Below, in pieces: positions 47,652 through 55,270 of a stretch of DNA of 57,610 nucleotides. Position 1 is the stretch's first letter. Each line of letters starts with the position of its first letter. The notes beneath the pieces were generated by a model that was not told where the DNA came from, did no database searches, and worked only from the letters and a program-made list of their open reading frames with translations. The translations under genes were made by a program, and so were the position numbers. The stretch comes from Acidimicrobiales bacterium (lineage in GTDB: Bacteria; Actinomycetota; Acidimicrobiia; Acidimicrobiales; SKKL01). The DNA lies in contig SKKL01000048.1 in assembly GCA_007121465.1 (NCBI GenBank), positions 1 to 57,610 on the forward strand, given 5' to 3'.

Positions 47652-47830
47652 GGGTGAATCCAGATCAGAGCCGACCGGAGGGTCGTGGCCGGAGCCGAAC
47701 ACTGGATCGCAGGGGTGTGTCATCTATAGTACGCTACTAGGTAGTAACCGTCAACAACCGGGCGCCGAGGATCGTTACTAGGCCGAACGGCCCATAGGCG
47801 CGTGGAAGCGCTGTCAGCAACAATGGAGGA

Positions 47831-48463
47831 ATGGCAGCGGAAGATCTGGCGGGTACCCCGGAGTCATCGAGTGGAGTCACCCCACCGGGGCGACGCCTGC
47901 GTCCGAGCGACCGACGAGCCGAGATCATCACGGCCGCTCGCGGCGTCTTCCTCGAGACCGGGTACTCGGGAGCGGGACTCGCCGAGGTCGCCGCCGCCGG
48001 TCAGATCTCCCGTGGCTCGATCTACCGCTACTTCCCGAACGGTCGGGTCGACCTGTTCGTCGCGGTGACCGAGGATCTTCTCGACGAGCTGCACGGCCGA
48101 CTCCGATACGCGGCCAACGCCCCGTTCTCCCCGTCCACCCGGATGGAGCATGTCATCGCGTCGGTGTTCGCGTTCTTCCAGGAGGAGCCACAGGCCTACC
48201 GGTTCCTGTTCCGGGACATCTGGGCCTCCGGCGAACCGGCGGTGGAGGCCACCGCGGCCACCACCCGGGGCTTGCTCACCGCGGAGATCGCCGGGATCGT
48301 CGCCGCCACCGGGGTCGACACCGACGAGCTCACCGCCATTGCCAGTGGGATCTTCGGATTCGTGCTCGCCAACGTGGAGCTGGCCCTCAACGGAGAGATC
48401 GATCCCGAGACGGCGTGGTCGGTCAGCTGCCGATTCGCGACCGAACCGCTCGCCCGGTCCTGA
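47831..48463 (+). CDS. TetR/AcrR-family transcriptional regulator
   Basis: 210-aa ORF with HTH region RRAEIITAARGVFLETGYSGAGLAEVAAAGQISRGSIYRYFPNGRVDLF. Confidence 0.85.
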   Translation: MAAEDLAGTPESSSGVTPPGRRLRPSDRRAEIITAARGVFLETGYSGAGLAEVAAAGQISRGSIYRYFPNGRVDLFVAVTEDLLDELHGRLRYAANAPFSPSTRMEHVIASVFAFFQEEPQAYRFLFRDIWASGEPAVEATAATTRGLLTAEIAGIVAATGVDTDELTAIASGIFGFVLANVELALNGEIDPETAWSVSCRFATEPLARS

Positions 48464-48472
48464 TCTGTCCGG

Positions 48473-50275
48473 TCAGGGCTCCCTGACCAGGCGGAGGTGA
48501 CCCTCGGTCCCGGTCGGTGCCGCCATGGCGGTCGGGACCACCGCCCTCAGGACGCGACGGTCGTCGACCGTGCCTGTGGTCAGGTCACCTCCCATGAACC
48601 GGGTGAGTGACTGCATCGTTGCCAACGCCGCTCTCGGCTCCTCCTCGCCCCGACCGTCGTCGGTCACCGCGACGATGATCTCGTTGTCCTCCGCCGTCAC
48701 CGAGATCGACACCGTGGTCGCCCCTGCGTACCAGAGGGCCTGGAGGGTCGCGTGCTGGGCGATGCGGAGCACGACCGCCTCGGTGTGCCAGTCGAGGCTC
48801 AGGTCGGGGTCGATCTCCACGCTGAGGTCGGCGCGAGGACCGTCACCGGACAGCTCCTCGAGGTAGGCCGCCATGGCGACCGACAGCCGCCGGGTTCCGG
48901 CCTCGGCCGGAGCGAGTGGCTTGATCGCTTCGGCGATCCGTCGGAACGAGTCGGCTTGCTGCGCGAGGTCGCGCCGAAGCCGTTCGGCGGTGTGGCCCAC
49001 CGCCGCGGAGCTGCCCGACTCGGCGGCTTGGTCGATGGCCGATCCGAGGGAGGCGATCGCGGTGTAGAGACGAGCCGCCTGGGTGTGCAGGTGGGTGGCC
49101 GCACGATGCCGGTCGGTGTCCATGTGCGCCATGACCTCGGACAGGAGGCGGCTGCGCTCGGCTGCATCGCGTTCGACGATCTCGTGGAGCCGCAGTGCCT
49201 CGCGGGCGGCGAGGAGGTGACGGAGGTTCGACAGGGCGAGCAGTGCGAGACCGGTGATCACCGCGACGACCGGCACCCAGGCCACGTCGCGTTGCCACCA
49301 GACGATGGCCCCGGTCACCGGAACGGTGCCGATCACCACGAGCGAGATCAGCGAGCTGCGCCGAACCTGCTGGCCGACGGGGAGACGCTCCAGACCCGGA
49401 GATGCGTCGACGGTGGCGAAGGCGAAGAAGATCGCTCCGAACGCGATGGCCAGGACATAGGCGGCGAGGAACGGCCCCGCCGGGGCGTCGAAGCCTCCGA
49501 CTCCGAGAACGACGTGGCCGATCGTGCTGACGAGGACGGCGCTGCCGAAGGCGACCCCGATGTTGGCGAGGAGTCGGAACTGGGGGTGGACGCGACTGCG
49601 GATGACGAGGGAGACGAGGATCCCGTGTATCGCGACGAGCATCCACACCGACGCCGAGACGGTGAACCAACTGTGAGGAGAATCGAGCACCGCGGGGCCG
49701 AAGGCCAGGACGAGGGGGACCGACAGCGCGATGGTGGCCATGACCAGGTCGACCGCATCGACCAGCGCCGCTCGCTCCCCCGAACGTGCCCTCAACAGGA
49801 TCCCGTTCGCTACGAGCAGGATGATCAGGGCGAAGAAGGCGGGGCTCGCCGGGCGGACGAGTCCGGGTTCCACGTCAGGGGCGGCGAGGCTGTACTGGCG
49901 GGTCACCGCCAGCAGGCCGGCTCCGAGAGCCACTGCCCACATCCACCGGGGAACACGGTCCTCGGGGGGTGACCGCAGCGCCGCACCGACCGCGAGGACG
50001 AAGGCCGGGCCGATGAAGGCGACGTTGAGAACCAACATCGCGCTCAGGTACTCGTGTGGCGCTCGGGGCTCCCAGAACACCGCTGCGGTGAGCGGGATCC
50101 CGATCGCCACATAGATCACCGCACTCCAGCGGACCCACCGGGGGAAAACGAACCGCTCGTCGCCGTCCTTGGTCGGCTCGTCGGAGCCAGGCAGTGCCGG
50201 CTCGTCGGTGAGCTGGGCGGCACTGGTGACGGCGACCTCAGTGTCCCCGCCGACCACCGGCGTCCGGTTGACCAT
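48473..50275 (-). CDS. Polytopic membrane protein with C-terminal HisKA_3/HATPase-like (degenerate) histidine-kinase module
   Basis: ATG at 50273-50275 (GGGGGAG upstream) within ORF 48473..50350. About 10 TM segments, then DRHRAATHLHTQAARL (H-box-like), VLRIAQHATLQALWYAG (N-box position, 48722-48757, Asn replaced by Gln) and VAVTDDGRG (G1). Confidence 0.7.
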   Translation of the reverse strand: MVNRTPVVGGDTEVAVTSAAQLTDEPALPGSDEPTKDGDERFVFPRWVRWSAVIYVAIGIPLTAAVFWEPRAPHEYLSAMLVLNVAFIGPAFVLAVGAALRSPPEDRVPRWMWAVALGAGLLAVTRQYSLAAPDVEPGLVRPASPAFFALIILLVANGILLRARSGERAALVDAVDLVMATIALSVPLVLAFGPAVLDSPHSWFTVSASVWMLVAIHGILVSLVIRSRVHPQFRLLANIGVAFGSAVLVSTIGHVVLGVGGFDAPAGPFLAAYVLAIAFGAIFFAFATVDASPGLERLPVGQQVRRSSLISLVVIGTVPVTGAIVWWQRDVAWVPVVAVITGLALLALSNLRHLLAAREALRLHEIVERDAAERSRLLSEVMAHMDTDRHRAATHLHTQAARLYTAIASLGSAIDQAAESGSSAAVGHTAERLRRDLAQQADSFRRIAEAIKPLAPAEAGTRRLSVAMAAYLEELSGDGPRADLSVEIDPDLSLDWHTEAVVLRIAQHATLQALWYAGATTVSISVTAEDNEIIVAVTDDGRGEEEPRAALATMQSLTRFMGGDLTTGTVDDRRVLRAVVPTAMAAPTGTEGHLRLVREP

Positions 50276-50386
50276 TGCTCCCCCTCGTCGACTAGGTCCG
50301 TGCAGGCGTCTTGACGGGCGCCGCCCTCGACCCGGTCGGGTGACCAGCATGCCACCCGGAGCGGCCGTCTGTCGGGTGAAGGCGTG

Positions 50387-53300
50387 TCATGATCCGCCTC
50401 CCGGCCCGGCACCCGCTGCCTTGGAGATCTGGTTCTTGCCCGAGTGCTTGGCGTCGTACATCGCACGATCGGCGACCTGCACCAGCGCGTCGATGTCGTC
50501 GATGCTCGTCACCGATCCGAGGTCGGCGCGGCCGATCCCGATCGACACGCTGGCCGACACCGTCGTGTCGGGCTCGATCTCGATCGACTGAGCGATCTCG
50601 CTCAGGGCCCGGTCGGCCATCCGCTCCAACTCGTCGACGGTGACTCCGACCGACACCACCACGAACTCGTCGCCGCCGATCCGGACCACGATGTCGTCGG
50701 CCCGGGTCGCTGCCCGCAGACGGCGGGCGATCTCGACCAGCACCCGGTCACCGGCCGCATGCCCGAAGTGGTCGTTGATGGCCTTGAAGTCGTCGAGGTC
50801 GCAGAACAGGACCCCGACCTGTTGGTCACCGGGAGGTCGACCGGTGCTCTGCGCGGCACGGATCGCGGCGTGGAGCCGTGTCTCCATCCCCGCCCGGTTG
50901 GCCATACCGGTGAGCGGGTCGGTCTCGGCCCGGTCGGTCAGGACCGAGGCGGTCTCGCGCAGCTCGGCCAGGTCACCCGAGAGGATGCTCAGGTCCGAGC
51001 TGAGGCGGGCCTGGTCGATCGCCGAGATCGCCTGGGCGGACAAGACCTGGACCGCCTCGATCCGCTCGGCTTCGAACGCGTGGGTGTAGGTGTCGCTCTC
51101 GAGTACGAGCACCCCGGTGGTCGTCCCGGTCCGACCGACGGGGAGCCCGAGGAGCGAGCGGGGTGACCGCTGCCGTAGCCCGGTGTCCGACCGCAGTCGC
51201 CGGTCGTTCGCCGGGTCGATCACCGACATCACCTGGCGGGTGCGCAGGACGAAGTTCACCGCTGGTCGGCACAACTCGGGGTGGGCGTCCAGCCCGGTGG
51301 GCAGGCTGGGGATGACCTCGACGTTGTCCGCCTCCATCACCGCCGCGACCTCCACCAGCGGACCCGCCGGCGACTGCAAAACCAACCATCCGCGGTTCGC
51401 TCCGGTGTGCCGAAGAAGCAGCTCGACGAGACGCTCGAGGAACTCGTGCACCTCGAGCTCTTCTCCGAGCAGCGAGCTGGCTTCGGCCAGTGTCTCGGAG
51501 GTGACGTCGAGCCCGAGCGAGGTGCCGGTCGGAACGTTCGTGGGGACCGGCCGGTGGGTGGGGATGGTGAGCTGGGCGGGGAGGCGGTGGGTCATCCCGG
51601 CGGCGACGGCGTCGGCCCCCCAGGCGTCCCATGCACCGGCGGCCACGCTGGTGTAGTGACGGGCGATGGCGACGCGGTTGCGGCGGGCGTGGAAACGCGC
51701 AGCAGCTTCGGCGATCACCCCGAGGTCGGCGAGGGCGCCGCTGGCGGTGGCGAGGCTCACCGCCCGCTCGAATCGGTCCATCGCCCGTTCCGCGGCCCGA
51801 GCTCCTCGGGTGCGTTCCGCGAGGAGTGCTTCGACGAAGGCGACGCGGTGGGCGTGGTTGGCGGGGGCGTGGCGGGCCAAGGTGCGGAGACGTCGCAGCG
51901 CCCGCTCGGCTCGTAGGCGTCGACGGGTCCGATCCGAACGCGAGCTCGCCCGGGGCAGGTCGCGCGCCGCCAGATACGCCTCGTGGAAGGCGTGATGGGC
52001 GAGCACGGCGCTACCGGGAGCGGTGCGGAGGAGGTGGCGACCGGCCCGAGTGGCCGCCTCGAGGCGCCGTGTGTCGCCGAGACACAAGGCGATCATGCCG
52101 TCGAGGGTGTGGACGATGAGAGCGAGCTCACCACCGCGGATCCGGCTGGTCGGGTCGCTTCGCTCCCGCTCGGGGTCGCCGCGAAGCTCGGCGATGACAT
52201 CCCGAACGATCTCGATCCGCAGGGAGAACCGCTGCTCACCCAGTCGTTCGAGATCGGCCACCGCCGCCGCGGTCTGCTGGTCCAGGCGGGGCAGCGGTTG
52301 GCTGGCGAGGAGGGCGTGCAACGCGGCGAACGTGCCGCCGGTGAGACCGTACCCGTGCTCGTTGGCGGCGACCGCGCGATGGAACTCGTCCCAGAGGGGA
52401 TCGACGGTGTCGCCGAGGGGAGCACCCCAGTGGCGGATCAACCCCTCGTGGGCGAAGGCCACCATGGTGGTGACCCCGGCAGAGGCGGTACGGCTCAGCT
52501 CTCGACCCACCGCGGCGAACCGCAAGCCGGTGCCGATGGCGGGGCCGATCGACAGGTTGAGCATGCCGTAGCCACAGAGGAAGTAGGCCGAGGCGTCGGT
52601 GAGCCCGTGGCGGGCGGTGAGCCGCGTCCCGCGCAGGACCAGCCACACGTGGGTGAGGGGCTGGTCGACATAGGCGAGGTGGACACACGCGAGCATCGCG
52701 TCGAGCGCGGCCGCGACCCGGTCGTCGTCGAGGGGGGCGAGGTCGAGGAACGACTCAGGGGTGCGCCCGACCAGGGCCCGCCGGGTGGCCGCCAGCTCGG
52801 TGGCCAGCTCCCGCCATCCGATCCGTTCGGGCAGCGGTTCGCCGAGCTCGTCGAGGATTCCCCGCAGCGATGCCAATCCGACCTCGCCGTCGCCGCGGGT
52901 CCAGGCCCGGGTGCCGAGGAGCCGCAGGGCCCGCACTCGTTGGTCGGGAGCGCGGCGATCGAGGTCCATCCGGTCGAGGAGGTCGTCGACGAGGCTGGCG
53001 CGCCCGATGATCAGCGCGTGCTCGGCGGCGCGGAGGTGCAGCTCGAACGCCTTCCCGGGCTGGCGCGTCCACGCATCGGGTCCGAGGAGTCCGATGGCGG
53101 CCATCTGCAGGTCGAGGGCCTCCTGGAAGGCGCCCTCGCGGTGGCCTTGGCGGGCGGACTCGATGCACAGTTCGACGAACAGGTCACGCCGAGGGCCGGG
53201 CTCGTCGAGATCGGGGTGACCCCGGAGGAGCTCGATGAGGGTGAAGCGGAGATCGGGGTCGAGCGTCGGACGACGGTCACGGTCGGTCGGGGAGGTGGCC

Positions 53301-55270
53301 AGGATGGCGTCGGCGATCGTGCGCCGCTGCTCGACCAGATCGTCGGGGTCGACCAGCTCGAGGGCGGCTCGGCGGGTGGAGCGGTCGACGCACACGAAGC
53401 GGTGGCGGTCGTCGGAGCGAGGCACGAGCACCCGGGCGGCCACCGCTCGGTCGAGCTCGGCGATGACCTGGTCCTCGTCCTCCCCGCTCCAGGCGGCGAG
53501 CATCGGGACCGTCGCGCTCCGGCCGGTGAGGGCCACGGCGGTGGTCAGCCGGCGAGCGTCCTCGTCGAGATCGTCGAGACGCCGGGTCGAGACGCTGTCG
53601 AGGTCGTCGGGCTCGCCCACGGTCAGGGCCGAGGCCTCGTGGGTCCACGTGCCGGTCTCGAGATCGACCCGGAGCCGCCCCGTGCGGAGCAGGTCCCACA
53701 CGTCGGCGAGGACGAGGCTCGCCGAACCGCCGCTACGGGCCCAGATCGCTTCGGCGAGGGGGATCAGCCCGGCACTGCGGTCGCCCGTTCCCTGGGCGAG
53801 CACCTCGGCGATCGCGCCGGCGGTGAGAGGGGAGAGGCTCACCTCGTGGATGGCGATGCCCCGTCGCCCGAGGCGCGCGAGGGCCTGGTCGAGTCGGGGG
53901 GCGTGGGGAGCGGCGGTGAGAACGACGACGAGTGGGCCGGCGTCGGGGTGACCGGCGAGCATCTCGAGGGTCCGTAGCGAGCTGCGGTCGGCGTGGTCCG
54001 CGTCGTCGAAGACCGACACGAGCGGGGGCTCGTTGCTCGCGAGGGCGGCGATCGCTCCTCGAACGGCTCGTTCGATCTGTTCCAACGCTTCACCGGGGTC
54101 GGCGAAGGCCGATTCGGGTTGTTCCGGGACGAGGGCGGCGAGGGCCGGAAGCAGGCGGGTCGCCAGGGGAAGGTCGGGGCCGAGGCGATCGAGCAGATCA
54201 CGGCGGACGGCGTCGACTCGCTCGTCGGGCATGGCGAGGAGCAACGAGACGACCTGGTCGACCATGTCGAGCGGGGCGCGCAGCGGTGGCGTGGGACCGC
54301 CCTTTTCGAACTGGCCGAGGCCCGACAGGACGGCGTCGTCGGCCAGCTGGTCACAGAGCGCCGACACCAGGGAGGTGCGACCCGCTCCAGGATCGGCACG
54401 GATCACCACGACACGGCCCACACCCGTTCGAGCGGTGGCCTCGATGTGCTCCCGGAGCTCGCTGATCTCCCGGTCGCGCCCGATGAGCGAGTCGGGGTCG
54501 GACCAGGCGAGGCGGGCCACGTCGGTCGACAGGTCGAAGGGATCCGGGAGGGTGCGGCCGTCGCGTTCGGCGTCGCGGATCCGGGCCAGGTCGTCGCGCA
54601 ACCCGAGCATCGACGGATACCGGGCGTCGGGGTCGGGATCGGTGGCTCGTTCGACAACGGCGGCCAGAGCGGCGCTGCGGACGAACCCGTGGCCGACGAC
54701 GAGATGGTCGACGGTGGTGGCGAGTCCGAACTGGTCGCTCGCGGTCGTGGCGGGGACCCGTCCATAGCCGAGTTGCTCGGGGGCGTGATGACGTCCGTGG
54801 GGGCTTCGCCGTGGTGTCGATCCGGCCGCGGTGGCGTCGTAGAGGTCGGTGAGGAGTGGGCCGTTGTCGGAGAGGTGGATGTGGGACGCGTCGACCGAGC
54901 GGTGCACGATGCCCGCGACGTGGAGCGCGGCGAGGGCGTCGGCCACCGCGACCGCGACGTCGAGGATCTCGATGAGATCGGCCGCGCCGTCAGCGAGGCT
55001 GTTGTCGCCGGGATCGTCGAGTACGAGTGCCGTGCGGTTGGGACGGTCGATCAGCTCTCGGGCCCGGACGAGGTGGGGGTGTTCGACAGCAGAGGTGACG
55101 GCGTGCTCACGGCGGAGGCGTTCACGGGTGTCCGAACCCGGCAGCTCCGACGCGTGCGTCTTCAGGAGAACCCGGGTGCCGTCGGGCGCGCGAGCTCGCA
55201 TCACCACCGTCTCACCGAGCTGGGTGACCGCCGCCAGCTCGGCGAAGCCGTCGAGCCCCGTGAGCCTCAA
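50387..55270 (-). CDS. 1627-aa multidomain signalling protein: Ser/Thr-kinase-like (pseudokinase) + P-loop STAND/AAA_16-like NTPase + long helical repeat region + GAF + GGDEF diguanylate cyclase
   Basis: The kinase-like fold (aa 1-235) has HRSVDASH in place of HRDLKxxN (54881-54904), DLY in place of DFG, and APE retained. The P-loop reads RADPGAGRTS (54371-54400) and Walker B is VFDDADHAD. GAF is at about 51014-51499. The GGDEF motif is at 50663-50677 with RADD five residues upstream (I-site). TTG start overlaps the upstream stop (TTGA). Confidence 0.9.
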   Translation of the reverse strand: MRLTGLDGFAELAAVTQLGETVVMRARAPDGTRVLLKTHASELPGSDTRERLRREHAVTSAVEHPHLVRARELIDRPNRTALVLDDPGDNSLADGAADLIEILDVAVAVADALAALHVAGIVHRSVDASHIHLSDNGPLLTDLYDATAAGSTPRRSPHGRHHAPEQLGYGRVPATTASDQFGLATTVDHLVVGHGFVRSAALAAVVERATDPDPDARYPSMLGLRDDLARIRDAERDGRTLPDPFDLSTDVARLAWSDPDSLIGRDREISELREHIEATARTGVGRVVVIRADPGAGRTSLVSALCDQLADDAVLSGLGQFEKGGPTPPLRAPLDMVDQVVSLLLAMPDERVDAVRRDLLDRLGPDLPLATRLLPALAALVPEQPESAFADPGEALEQIERAVRGAIAALASNEPPLVSVFDDADHADRSSLRTLEMLAGHPDAGPLVVVLTAAPHAPRLDQALARLGRRGIAIHEVSLSPLTAGAIAEVLAQGTGDRSAGLIPLAEAIWARSGGSASLVLADVWDLLRTGRLRVDLETGTWTHEASALTVGEPDDLDSVSTRRLDDLDEDARRLTTAVALTGRSATVPMLAAWSGEDEDQVIAELDRAVAARVLVPRSDDRHRFVCVDRSTRRAALELVDPDDLVEQRRTIADAILATSPTDRDRRPTLDPDLRFTLIELLRGHPDLDEPGPRRDLFVELCIESARQGHREGAFQEALDLQMAAIGLLGPDAWTRQPGKAFELHLRAAEHALIIGRASLVDDLLDRMDLDRRAPDQRVRALRLLGTRAWTRGDGEVGLASLRGILDELGEPLPERIGWRELATELAATRRALVGRTPESFLDLAPLDDDRVAAALDAMLACVHLAYVDQPLTHVWLVLRGTRLTARHGLTDASAYFLCGYGMLNLSIGPAIGTGLRFAAVGRELSRTASAGVTTMVAFAHEGLIRHWGAPLGDTVDPLWDEFHRAVAANEHGYGLTGGTFAALHALLASQPLPRLDQQTAAAVADLERLGEQRFSLRIEIVRDVIAELRGDPERERSDPTSRIRGGELALIVHTLDGMIALCLGDTRRLEAATRAGRHLLRTAPGSAVLAHHAFHEAYLAARDLPRASSRSDRTRRRLRAERALRRLRTLARHAPANHAHRVAFVEALLAERTRGARAAERAMDRFERAVSLATASGALADLGVIAEAAARFHARRNRVAIARHYTSVAAGAWDAWGADAVAAGMTHRLPAQLTIPTHRPVPTNVPTGTSLGLDVTSETLAEASSLLGEELEVHEFLERLVELLLRHTGANRGWLVLQSPAGPLVEVAAVMEADNVEVIPSLPTGLDAHPELCRPAVNFVLRTRQVMSVIDPANDRRLRSDTGLRQRSPRSLLGLPVGRTGTTTGVLVLESDTYTHAFEAERIEAVQVLSAQAISAIDQARLSSDLSILSGDLAELRETASVLTDRAETDPLTGMANRAGMETRLHAAIRAAQSTGRPPGDQQVGVLFCDLDDFKAINDHFGHAAGDRVLVEIARRLRAATRADDIVVRIGGDEFVVVSVGVTVDELERMADRALSEIAQSIEIEPDTTVSASVSIGIGRADLGSVTSIDDIDALVQVADRAMYDAKHSGKNQISKAAGAGPGGGS

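Noticed and set aside
47802-48068. 88-aa ORF starting at an ATG just upstream of the TetR ATG, in another frame.
   Set aside because: It overlaps the TetR HTH-coding region, whose frame gives a textbook TetR N-terminal domain. The alternative frame translates to Arg/Ser/Pro-rich sequence.
50387-55270. Reading the STAND-containing giant protein as an antiviral Avs-type defence protein.
   Set aside because: The Walker A lysine is substituted and the output is a GAF-GGDEF signalling module rather than a nuclease, protease or NADase effector. The neighbours are signalling and metabolic genes, and no mobile-element context is visible. A signalling role is more parsimonious, though I could not test this by search.
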